From positions 1 to 32,000 of the forward strand of contig JAHQXC010000002.1 in the NCBI GenBank assembly GCA_029856525.1: a stretch of DNA of 32,000 bases, read 5' to 3'. A program made the translations under genes and the position numbers. The notes beneath the pieces are model-generated. The model worked only from the letters and a program-made list of their open reading frames with translations. It made no database searches and was not told the DNA's origin. Numbering within the stretch: position 1 is the stretch's first letter; every line of letters starts with the position of its first letter. This stretch comes from Candidatus Odinarchaeia archaeon (GTDB lineage Archaea > Asgardarchaeota > Odinarchaeia > Odinarchaeales > Odinarchaeaceae). Of this stretch, positions 8,062 through 16,192 are shown piece by piece.

Positions 8062-8424
8062 TTGATGAGTCTAAGGCTGATCGTTGAAAAATTAATTAAA
8101 CTATATGAAGAGTTTGAAACTTTCTATAAGAAAAATGTTTTTCTCAAACTTTTAGGTTCAGCTATAGTTCAAGTTAAGGTCACAGATACAGGGGAATGCT
8201 TTAACATAGTAATAGGGAAGCGCTTAAGCTTGGAGAATTGCGGTTTAAGAAAAGAGAATATTATTTTAACAGGGGACTTTGAAACTTTGAAAAATATTTT
8301 AGATAAGGGGAGTGGTGCATGTTATAGAAACCATGAAAGAGAGGGGCGTGTAAAGCTTAAAGCCTGTAATCTTAAAGGGAGAGTGTTTTTATCACGATTT
8401 AAGAAAGCGGTTAACATTGTGTAG
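8062..8424 (+). CDS. Small protein, SCP2 (sterol carrier/lipid-binding)-like fold suspected
   Basis: The pattern AIVQVKVTDTGECFNIVI...ENIILTGDFETLKNILDKG resembles the SCP2 / alkyl-sulfatase C-terminal domain. Judged by eye only. Confidence 0.45.
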   Translation: MMSLRLIVEKLIKLYEEFETFYKKNVFLKLLGSAIVQVKVTDTGECFNIVIGKRLSLENCGLRKENIILTGDFETLKNILDKGSGACYRNHEREGRVKLKACNLKGRVFLSRFKKAVNIV

Positions 8425-8480
8425 TTTCATAACAAAATTAATAAGCTAGTAAAGCTAAATTAATTCGAGCGTGTTTTAAT

Positions 8481-8846
8481 ATGCCATTAGGGTTGATCGT
8501 GATAAAATGGGATAATAAACTTGGAGGCGTAGTGGAGGCTAGATATCTTAGAAGAGGCTGGATACCGCCGTCGCTGCCTACAACCCTTCTATCCATGCAT
8601 TTCCCGAGTATGAAAATAGATCAGAGTGGAGTCGACTTTGTGAAAACGAAGATAGGTAACATTAGAGTTTTAAGCTATTTTATGGGTGAGAAAACTAAAA
8701 AGTCGATAGCACTAATACTCGAAGACGCGGAGAACCCGGAGTCTTTCAAGGATAAAATAGTGAAATTATCAGAAAAAATAAGCGCGGAAACAGGAGATTA
8801 CATTTGTAAACTATCAAAATATTACTCGGAGGTTTTTGAAAAATAG
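8481..8846 (+). CDS. Small Asgard-type longin/uDENN-like domain protein
   Basis: N-terminus MPLGLIVIKWDNKLGGVVEARY resembles the MPxGLxxxxWDxxxGxxxxxxYP start I recall from Asgard longin-like proteins. The predicted beta-beta-alpha-beta-beta-beta-alpha order and 121-aa size fit a longin fold. Confidence 0.55.
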   Translation: MPLGLIVIKWDNKLGGVVEARYLRRGWIPPSLPTTLLSMHFPSMKIDQSGVDFVKTKIGNIRVLSYFMGEKTKKSIALILEDAENPESFKDKIVKLSEKISAETGDYICKLSKYYSEVFEK

Positions 8847-8888
8847 CTTTAAACTATACTTAATTATGAGAGAATTAGTATAGGAAAG

Positions 8889-9539
8889 CTAAAAGTTTAT
8901 TTTAGAGTAGAGTTCGTGTAGACTGCGAATAGTGTATTCTTCTCTAATATGACCTTTTATATCATCTCTAATAATTCTAAAAGTTTTCACACCCGCTTTT
9001 AAACCAGCCTCAAGGTCTATTTCAAGATCCCCTATGAAAACAACCTCTTCTTTTTTAAGTCCAAGACCTTCCAGACACCATAAAACACCCTGCGGCTCAG
9101 GTTTCGCGTAATCCTGTTTCTCGGTTCCGAGAATGATAATAGTTTGAAATAAATCTCGGAGGTTGAAGGCCTCTAATTCAAGTTCAACAACCCTTCTAGA
9201 AGAGTTACTTACCAATCCTAGTTTATAATTTAACGCTAACTGTTTTAAAACTGTAACATCTTCGAAAACTTTTATTACACCGGACTTTATTAATCTAAAT
9301 CGAAGATTATAATCTTTTTCATCGAAGACTCTCCAAAAATCAATAGGATCCCTTACACCCCATTTTTCAAGAATATCGCGATGCCTCCTTCCACTGCGCC
9401 AGAATTCGTCTAAAACAATATTTTTAGTATTCAACTTAAGCTCCCTTAAAGTCTCTAAAAGAATTTTATTCAGTAAAGTTATACCTGGACTTTTAATAAG
9501 AGTACCGTCTAAATCAAAGATTAAACCTTTAACCGTCAT
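8889..9539 (-). CDS. HAD superfamily hydrolase (phosphoglycolate phosphatase-like)
   Basis: Motif I IFDLDGTL, motif II VSNS, motif III KPEP and motif IV IGDLEIDLEAG. Likely start is ATG 9539 (MTVKGLIFD). Confidence 0.88.
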   Translation of the reverse strand: MTVKGLIFDLDGTLIKSPGITLLNKILLETLRELKLNTKNIVLDEFWRSGRRHRDILEKWGVRDPIDFWRVFDEKDYNLRFRLIKSGVIKVFEDVTVLKQLALNYKLGLVSNSSRRVVELELEAFNLRDLFQTIIILGTEKQDYAKPEPQGVLWCLEGLGLKKEEVVFIGDLEIDLEAGLKAGVKTFRIIRDDIKGHIREEYTIRSLHELYSKINF

Positions 9540-9658
9540 AAACTTCACACTGTTAAAGATCAAAGATAATTTGAAACCCCGTAGATGATTATTCAAACCC
9601 ACTATTTTAATTTAGTATAAAAATGAGGTGTAAACCAGTTTAATATAATATTTTTTTC

Positions 9659-11626
9659 CTAGTAGAATATTAACGTTAGAATAGTGTTAGCTAACCCGCC
9701 TATGAGAAAAGCGATTGTGATCGTGGCGACAGGGATAATGAACGCGTATTTTAAGCCAAGTTCTCTTCCTATAACTGCGAATGTAGCGATACATGGAATA
9801 TATAAACTGATAACTAGCGCGAAAACGATTAAATTAACCGGTGTTAAAACCGTTAACAGATTGCTTGTACCTAACACCTCTATAAGCATGATAGCTGCTA
9901 ACTCTTTTCTTAAAACGCCGAAGATTAATACGACACCGGTCACGGCAGGTAAACCGAGAAGGCCGACGGTTAACGGCGCGAAGATGCTGGAGATGAAGGT
10001 TAACAAGTTAAAATATTTTAAACCGCCTAGCAGAATGCTTCCGATTATGATGATAGGTAGCGCGACTGTTAAGAAATCTTTTATTCTAAGCCAGGTTTTC
10101 TTTAAAATATTTTTAATTTGAGGAGTACGGTAAGGCGGTATCTCCATAACTAAACCTGTTTTTTCTCCTTTTAAAACCTTGTTTAAGAGATAACCTGAAA
10201 TAAAGACTATTACTATAATACATGCGAACAGTAATATTACAGGTATTACACCTATATATGATCCTATAATAGCTAGTATAACTGATATTCTAGCTGAGCA
10301 CGGGATAAGAGTGATTATAAAAGAGGCGATAACTCTTTCTCTTTTAGTTGCTAGAATCCTTGTACTCATAATAGCTGGTACACTGCAGCCTAAACCCATC
10401 ATAAGCGGGATCACAGATTTACCGTGTAAACCAAGCTTATGCATAACGCTATCGGTTAGAAAGGCTATTCGAGCAAGATACCCGGTGTCCTCAAGTAAGC
10501 CTAAAATTATATAAAATGTGAAAACATATGGTAAAACTATTGAGAGAGTGGCTTCAACACCGAGGGTTAACCCCTCTATGAAGACTGTGTTAATCATGTT
10601 ATTTGAGATGAGATTAGATATATTTGATATTAAAGGTTTTATAGCTGTATTCCATCCGAGTGAAAAAAGCTCTTCCAGAAAGCCGCCTCCGAAGATTAGA
10701 AATAAAAGTAACCCTGTTAAAACAGCTATCATTACAGGTATACCGGTTAACGGTCTTGTTGTTATTAAATCCAGTTTATCTTTAAAGCTTTGAACAGGTT
10801 TATGAAACTCTTTCACAATACTAGCTATATGCGTCGCTAAAGCGTTACGCTCCTTCATTATGCGAACAATAGAACTTTCACCGTGCTCGGCTTCGATTAA
10901 ACTCGTTAATTTAATCGCTTCCTCATATATGGTAGGTGAAGTGTCTTTAACCTGTTCGAGGATAAGCGGGTCTTTTTCAAGTATTCTAATAGCGATCTCT
11001 CTTTCTGGGAGATTAAACTTAACTCTAAAATTATTTTCTTTAAGCAATTTTACTAAAGAATCTATTATCTTCTCTATGTCTTTGCCAAATTGTAATCGAA
11101 TGGGTTTCAGAATAGTTTTCCCCTCGTATACTGATATAACTATTTTTATAAGCTCGTCTACGCCGTAACCGCGAATAGCGATAGTCGGCACTACAGGAAT
11201 ACCTAAAAGCTGGTGGAGTTTATTGTAATTTATTTTAATCCCTTTTTTTTCAGCTTCATCAATCATGTTTAAGCATATAATCATCGGGGCTTCCAGTTCT
11301 AATAATTCAAGTGTGAGAATGAGGTTACGTTCGAGATTAGATGCGTCGACAACGTTTACAATTATAGATTTATCTTTTAGCTCAAGTATTTTGTTACGTG
11401 CAACTATTTGCTCGATTGAACCTGTTCCGAGAGAGTAAACTCCAGGTAAATCTAGTATTTTAAATTCGAATTCTTTCAACTTAGAGTAACCCTCTGTGAA
11501 ATCGACTGTTGTCCCCGGGTAGTTTGAAACAGTAACACCCATACCTGTCATATTATTAAATAACACTGATTTACCAATATTCGGGTTACCTACTAACAAG
11601 ATTATAGGAGTTTTTTTAGATTCCAT
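9659..11626 (-). CDS. feoB: Ferrous iron transport protein B
   Basis: G1 GNPNIGKS, G2 NYPGTTV, G3 DLPGVYSL, DASNLERNL and G4 NMID, followed by a membrane domain with LEDTGYLAR, GLGCSVPA, PCSAR, MEIPPYR and YIPCIAT. Confidence 0.95.
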   Translation of the reverse strand: MESKKTPIILLVGNPNIGKSVLFNNMTGMGVTVSNYPGTTVDFTEGYSKLKEFEFKILDLPGVYSLGTGSIEQIVARNKILELKDKSIIVNVVDASNLERNLILTLELLELEAPMIICLNMIDEAEKKGIKINYNKLHQLLGIPVVPTIAIRGYGVDELIKIVISVYEGKTILKPIRLQFGKDIEKIIDSLVKLLKENNFRVKFNLPEREIAIRILEKDPLILEQVKDTSPTIYEEAIKLTSLIEAEHGESSIVRIMKERNALATHIASIVKEFHKPVQSFKDKLDLITTRPLTGIPVMIAVLTGLLLFLIFGGGFLEELFSLGWNTAIKPLISNISNLISNNMINTVFIEGLTLGVEATLSIVLPYVFTFYIILGLLEDTGYLARIAFLTDSVMHKLGLHGKSVIPLMMGLGCSVPAIMSTRILATKRERVIASFIITLIPCSARISVILAIIGSYIGVIPVILLFACIIVIVFISGYLLNKVLKGEKTGLVMEIPPYRTPQIKNILKKTWLRIKDFLTVALPIIIIGSILLGGLKYFNLLTFISSIFAPLTVGLLGLPAVTGVVLIFGVLRKELAAIMLIEVLGTSNLLTVLTPVNLIVFALVISLYIPCIATFAVIGRELGLKYAFIIPVATITIAFLIGGLANTILTLIFY

Positions 11627-11660
11627 TTAAACCACTTATAAAATCATTCAGTTTAAAAAT

Positions 11661-12209
11661 TCAAAGCTTTCTTACAAGTATGCGGTGAGTTATATTCCTG
11701 CTTAAAGCTACTTCAAAACCGCTTATCTTCAAGATGGTTGTTCCACCGAATCTAGATTTAGCAGTTACCTCAGCTTTAACACCGGGTATTATCCCTATAC
11801 AGAGAAGCTGTTTTTCGATTATAGGGTTACCTGGTAGAATTTCAATTATTTCAACTTTAGCAGGGGGATCAACTTCCATAAGACGTTGAAACTGTTCCCC
11901 GCCAATTTTCTTTTCCTTAAAGGTCTGTGATTCTTTACTACTAGAATTAGAGAGGATCATGTTATTAGGATTCTCACTTAATTTTAAAACAAGTTCACGC
12001 CCTTTATTAGTAAGATGGATTCTCCCCCGCCAGTTAACCTTTATCAGATTCATTTCTTCAAGTAGGCGGAGGGTTTTCATAAAATCCTCTCTGTCTTTTA
12101 TATTTAACCTGTGTTGAATAGAGTCTAACGAAGTGTTTTTCCAAACTGATTCCGACTTGTATAACTCTTCGAGTATTTTACATAATCCGCTGGTAGGGGG
12201 CTGATCCAT
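11661..12209 (-). CDS. Winged-helix + FeoA domain fusion protein
   Basis: C-terminal FeoA (KQLLCIGIIPGVKAEV...GFEVALSRNITHRILV). The N-terminal LRLLEEMNLIKVNWRGRIHLTNKGRELV is a winged-HTH wing motif. Likely start is ATG 12209 (GTGG 5 nt upstream). Directly upstream of feoB. Confidence 0.75.
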   Translation of the reverse strand: MDQPPTSGLCKILEELYKSESVWKNTSLDSIQHRLNIKDREDFMKTLRLLEEMNLIKVNWRGRIHLTNKGRELVLKLSENPNNMILSNSSSKESQTFKEKKIGGEQFQRLMEVDPPAKVEIIEILPGNPIIEKQLLCIGIIPGVKAEVTAKSRFGGTTILKISGFEVALSRNITHRILVRKL

Positions 12210-12269
12210 ATAAACCACGGCTGATTAGTTAACATGACCGAAATATATTTATATGCCTCTATTTATAAG

Positions 12270-12310
12270 TATTTCGTATATCCGAAATATTCATATTCGT
12301 ATAACCGAAT
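12270..12310. promoter_or_regulatory. Tandem palindromic operators, probable DtxR-family binding sites
   Basis: TATTTCG-TATATC-CGAAATA (12270-12289) and ATTCG-TATAAC-CGAAT (12295-12310) share the core TTCGTATAWCCGAA at 13/14 identity, 23 bp apart. They lie in the divergent feo/dtxR gap, just after TATA-like TTTATAAG (12262-12269). Confidence 0.65.
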
Positions 12311-12312
12311 TC

Positions 12313-12984
12313 ATGATGAAAATGAAAAAAGAAGATAACCTAACTCACATGGCCGAGGATTATATAGCAATAATCTACAGGCTCCATGAGAAAAAGAACA
12401 CACTCGTAAAAATATCTGATCTCGCAGATTATCTACCGAATTCTCCGAGCACAATCACTGAAATGATTCAAAGATTAGCGGCTAAAAAATATTTAGATTA
12501 TGAACCTTTTAAAGGGGTTAGATTATCTCAAAAAGGAATTCAGCTAGCTGAAAAAATATTAAGAAGACATAGAATAATTGAAAGGTTTTTAACAGATATT
12601 TTAGATTTAAGCCCTGCTGAAGCTCACAACGAAGCATGCAAACTAGAGCATACAGTTTCACCTATAATCGAAGAGAGACTTTACAATGTTTTACATAAAC
12701 CAGTCACATGCCCTCATGGAAATGAGATAAACACTAAAATGAAGGAATCTCATCTAGCGGACATGTATAGTTTAAATGTTAGCGAGAGCGCTGTGATAAA
12801 AAAATTCATAGACGAAAGAGAGGAGATATTAAAGTCAATATATAGTTTAGGATTACAGATAGGAGTGCATTTCAAAATTATTAGAAAAGATGAAGATAGA
12901 ATTCTTATAAACATGGAAAACAATAAGTCGGTTCTATTAGATCGAAAACTAGCTGAAACAATACTCGTTGAGAGAGTTACTTAA
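12313..12984 (+). CDS. dtxR: DtxR/MntR/IdeR family metal-dependent transcriptional regulator with C-terminal FeoA-like domain
   Basis: EDYIAIIY, ISDLADYL...PSTITEMIQRL (HTH), RRHRIIERFL, EACKLEH (Cys/Glu/His metal ligands) and CPHGN. Start is ATG 12313, 12316 or 12322; the longer ORF-track start overlaps the promoter. Confidence 0.88.
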   Translation: MMKMKKEDNLTHMAEDYIAIIYRLHEKKNTLVKISDLADYLPNSPSTITEMIQRLAAKKYLDYEPFKGVRLSQKGIQLAEKILRRHRIIERFLTDILDLSPAEAHNEACKLEHTVSPIIEERLYNVLHKPVTCPHGNEINTKMKESHLADMYSLNVSESAVIKKFIDEREEILKSIYSLGLQIGVHFKIIRKDEDRILINMENNKSVLLDRKLAETILVERVT

Positions 12985-13744
12985 CTGTTCTTTTAGCGAT
13001 TAAAGCCGCGCTTATCCCAGCTGAAACACCGTTATCAATGTTAACTACAAGAAGACCTGTCGAACAAGATTGAAGCATAGAGTATAAAGCAGCTTTACCC
13101 TTCCCTCCCTCCCCATACCCTGTTGAAACAGGTACACCTATCACAGGCACGTCCACAAGCCCAGCGACCACTGAAGCTAAAGCTCCTTCCATACCAGCTA
13201 CCACAATAATACATGCGACATCAGCTTCGATCATCTTCTTAATAGCCGGGAAAAGCCGGTGGACACCAGCTACACCTACATCATAAGCGGAGATCACATT
13301 ACAATTCATGTACTCTAAGATCATTTTACACTCTTCTGCGACGGGGATATCACTAGTCCCAGCGGTTATTAACCCGACGGCTGGCTTCCGAGCTTCACTA
13401 TTAATTTTATTATTAAGGATTATTATCATTCTAGCTTTTTCATTTAAAACAAGTTTTTCACTTGGAAAAATATTTTTCAACGCTTCAAACTGTTCAGCGC
13501 TAAGTCTAGAAATAATCACGTCCCTCCCCTTAGCGTCAAGTGTTTTCACTATTTCGATTAGGTCTTCAAAAGCCTTTCCCTCCGCTAATATCACCTCAGC
13601 AGCTCCTTTACGAACAGGTCTATTAATATCGATAACCGCGATCTCCCCTATTCTTTCAACAGCATCCATTTTTAAAAGTCTCTCTGCTTCCTCTAAAGAT
13701 ATCTGATTCCGCTTATACTTTTCTAAAATATCTCTAATACTCAT
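12977..13744 (-). CDS. larB: Nickel pincer cofactor biosynthesis protein LarB (AIR carboxylase-like)
   Basis: RKGAAEVILAEGK, ITAGTSDIPVAEE, DVGVAGVHRL, VAGMEGALASVVAGL, PVIGVPVSTGYG and CSTGLLVVNIDNG. Confidence 0.92.
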   Translation of the reverse strand: MSIRDILEKYKRNQISLEEAERLLKMDAVERIGEIAVIDINRPVRKGAAEVILAEGKAFEDLIEIVKTLDAKGRDVIISRLSAEQFEALKNIFPSEKLVLNEKARMIIILNNKINSEARKPAVGLITAGTSDIPVAEECKMILEYMNCNVISAYDVGVAGVHRLFPAIKKMIEADVACIIVVAGMEGALASVVAGLVDVPVIGVPVSTGYGEGGKGKAALYSMLQSCSTGLLVVNIDNGVSAGISAALIAKRTVK

Positions 13745-13813
13745 AACACACCCCTAAATTTTTATTTACAACTTGATTAGATTATAAGGGATAATTTTTA
13801 AGGAAGCTTTAAG

Positions 13814-15076
13814 ATGAATCGAAATAAAATCCTTTTCATAGATACTAGTTTAAGCGGCTTATCAGGGGACATGTTTCTATCCGCTTTAATAGACATGGGA
13901 TTCGAAGAGAAGAATCTACAGGAAGTCTATTCGATTATAAAAAAGTCTTACAATCACCAGGTTTTCAAAGGGTTTAAGTTAACTTCAACAATAAGAAACG
14001 GGTTGCAAGCTAAAATATTATCCACGGAGATATCCGAGCAGTATCATGGTGTCGAGATAGAAGTTTTTAAAGAGATATTTTATAAAAGCCTTGAAAAAAC
14101 AGGTTTAAGAGAAGCCTACAAGAATTACGCTTCAAAAGTTGTTGAAGATTTAATTAACGCTGAGAAAAAAATTCATCAACAAGATAACGGTGAAAGCATA
14201 TACTTACATGAATTAGCTTCACCGGATACTATTTTCGATATTATAGGTGTCTCAGCAGGACTCCAATATTTTTCAATACTTGAAGAAGCTGAAGTATACG
14301 CTACACCGATACCTGTTGGAGGTGGCAGTGTTAAAATTTCACATGGAATTCTCAGGGTCCCGGTTCCGATTGTCACCGAGCTTCTCAGAAAGTACAGTAT
14401 CCCCTTTAACCTCGGCCCTGTTGAAGGAGAGCTTTTAACACCGACAGGCATAGTTTTGATAGCTAACTTGAAGCCTATATTTCAAACTATACCTGACTAT
14501 TTAACGATTCTTTGTGAAGGTTACGGTGCTGGTAACCGGCTTATTAAAAACTTCCCTAACGTTTTAAGACTGATATTATTTAATAAAATAGGCGGCAGCA
14601 TACACTTTCTAGAAAACGATTATGTAATATTACTTGAAACGAATTTGGATGATATTACAGGGGAGAGATTAAGCTACGCTATTGAAAAAATTATGGAAAC
14701 CGGCGCGTTAGATGTAACAGCTATACCGTGTTTAATGAAGAAAGGGCGCTCCGGATACATTTTAAAAGTACTCTGCACTCTAGAAGACGAGGAGAAAATA
14801 ACATCAGCTGTTTTCAATTATACGAACACGATAGGATTAAGAAGATCTATTTTATTCAGATATAAGCTTAGACGGGAAATGGAAACGTTGAAAGTTAATA
14901 TTAAAGGAGAATTATTCGAGATAAGAGTTAAAGAAGTATACACCGCGCATGGATCTAAAAGATATAAACCTGAATTCGACGATGTTAAATATATCTCGGA
15001 GAAATTAAATCTTCCATTAGATGATGTTTTAAGATTTGTAAATGAAGCTGTTGAAATAAAATTTAAAAAAATTTAA
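13814..15076 (+). CDS. larC: Nickel insertion protein LarC (single, unsplit ORF)
   Basis: SGLSGDMFLSAL, LHELASPDTIFDIIG, HGILRVPVP, ELLTPTG, GYGAG, LETNLDD, MKKGRSG, TIGLR and KPEFDD. Confidence 0.9.
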   Translation: MNRNKILFIDTSLSGLSGDMFLSALIDMGFEEKNLQEVYSIIKKSYNHQVFKGFKLTSTIRNGLQAKILSTEISEQYHGVEIEVFKEIFYKSLEKTGLREAYKNYASKVVEDLINAEKKIHQQDNGESIYLHELASPDTIFDIIGVSAGLQYFSILEEAEVYATPIPVGGGSVKISHGILRVPVPIVTELLRKYSIPFNLGPVEGELLTPTGIVLIANLKPIFQTIPDYLTILCEGYGAGNRLIKNFPNVLRLILFNKIGGSIHFLENDYVILLETNLDDITGERLSYAIEKIMETGALDVTAIPCLMKKGRSGYILKVLCTLEDEEKITSAVFNYTNTIGLRRSILFRYKLRREMETLKVNIKGELFEIRVKEVYTAHGSKRYKPEFDDVKYISEKLNLPLDDVLRFVNEAVEIKFKKI

Positions 15077-15077
15077 T

Positions 15078-16049
15078 TTAAGAATCAGAGTTTTTAATAC
15101 GCCAAAACTGTTTATCAATCCTAGTATTCTTAGACGGGACTTTTTCAATTAAACCTTTCCCTTCTAAAAACTCTAATATCTTTAAAATAGTTGAGTGATT
15201 CTCTAACTTTCTAATATAGCCTTCAAGTTTCACGTTAAAACATTTAAAAACATATTCTTCTATATCTAATAAACTAGCCTTACTATATAAGTTGAAATAT
15301 TCTAAAACCGCTCTACTCCAACACTCCTGTGTTTCTAAAGCAGCGCTTATAGTATTCGCAACATCGTATGTGACTGGGAGATCATGAGCTTGACATATTA
15401 ATTGAGGTTTAAGCTCTTTGAATAATTCTAAGGTGAAAATTCTTTTAGCAAAGGATCCTGTTCGATCAATCATAAACATATTTGGCTTATTAGAATAAGG
15501 GAATAACTCGTCACCTGAAAATAAAATATTATTTTGAGGCATCCAGAAGCATAAATGACCGTTGCAATGACCGTTAGACTCGAGTACAATGATTTTTTTA
15601 TCATCCACGGAGATTACGCTTTTATTCTCGAGTATTCGAGTTGGAGTTAAAGATTTAAAATTTATGTTGATACCTTTATGCCGTAATAGTTGACTAAAAT
15701 TTTTGTTTACTCCGAAGCTTTTAACAAGAATCTCCTCTGAATTTTTCAGTAAATCAGCTGTAGGTTGACTGCAGCAAACAATCCCTCTTGTCTTACTACT
15801 CAACCACTTAAGCCCGCCTAATATATCCGGGTGAGCGTGAGAAAGGAGAATATATGCAATGTCCTCTAAGCTTTTACCTATATTTTTCAGAGCTTCTAGT
15901 ATACTTTTCGGAGTAGAAGTTAAACCAGTATCCACGATTATAACACGTTCATCTACAATAAGATAACTATTAGAGAACCCGATATCACTTCTATACTCCT
16001 CGTAAACTCTGAAAATATCTGATGTAATCTGCTCGTAAACCACTAGCAA
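15078..16049 (-). CDS. MBL-fold metallo-hydrolase with C-terminal winged-helix-like extension
   Basis: NSYLI, IVDTG, SHAHPDILGG (a variant of HxHxDH), GHCNGH, LFSGD and QAHD. The C-terminal TILKILEFLEGKGLIEK resembles a wHTH. Confidence 0.8.
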   Translation of the reverse strand: MLVVYEQITSDIFRVYEEYRSDIGFSNSYLIVDERVIIVDTGLTSTPKSILEALKNIGKSLEDIAYILLSHAHPDILGGLKWLSSKTRGIVCCSQPTADLLKNSEEILVKSFGVNKNFSQLLRHKGININFKSLTPTRILENKSVISVDDKKIIVLESNGHCNGHLCFWMPQNNILFSGDELFPYSNKPNMFMIDRTGSFAKRIFTLELFKELKPQLICQAHDLPVTYDVANTISAALETQECWSRAVLEYFNLYSKASLLDIEEYVFKCFNVKLEGYIRKLENHSTILKILEFLEGKGLIEKVPSKNTRIDKQFWRIKNSDS

Positions 16050-16192
16050 CCCACTCCAAACCGATAAAAATAATTAAGCTAAAAATTCTAAACAGCTAAA
16101 TTATATTCTGCTAAAACAATATATAAACGAGTATTATATTCTAATTTCACAGAGGTAAGCACTACAGAAATATATTATATGAGAGTGGTTTA

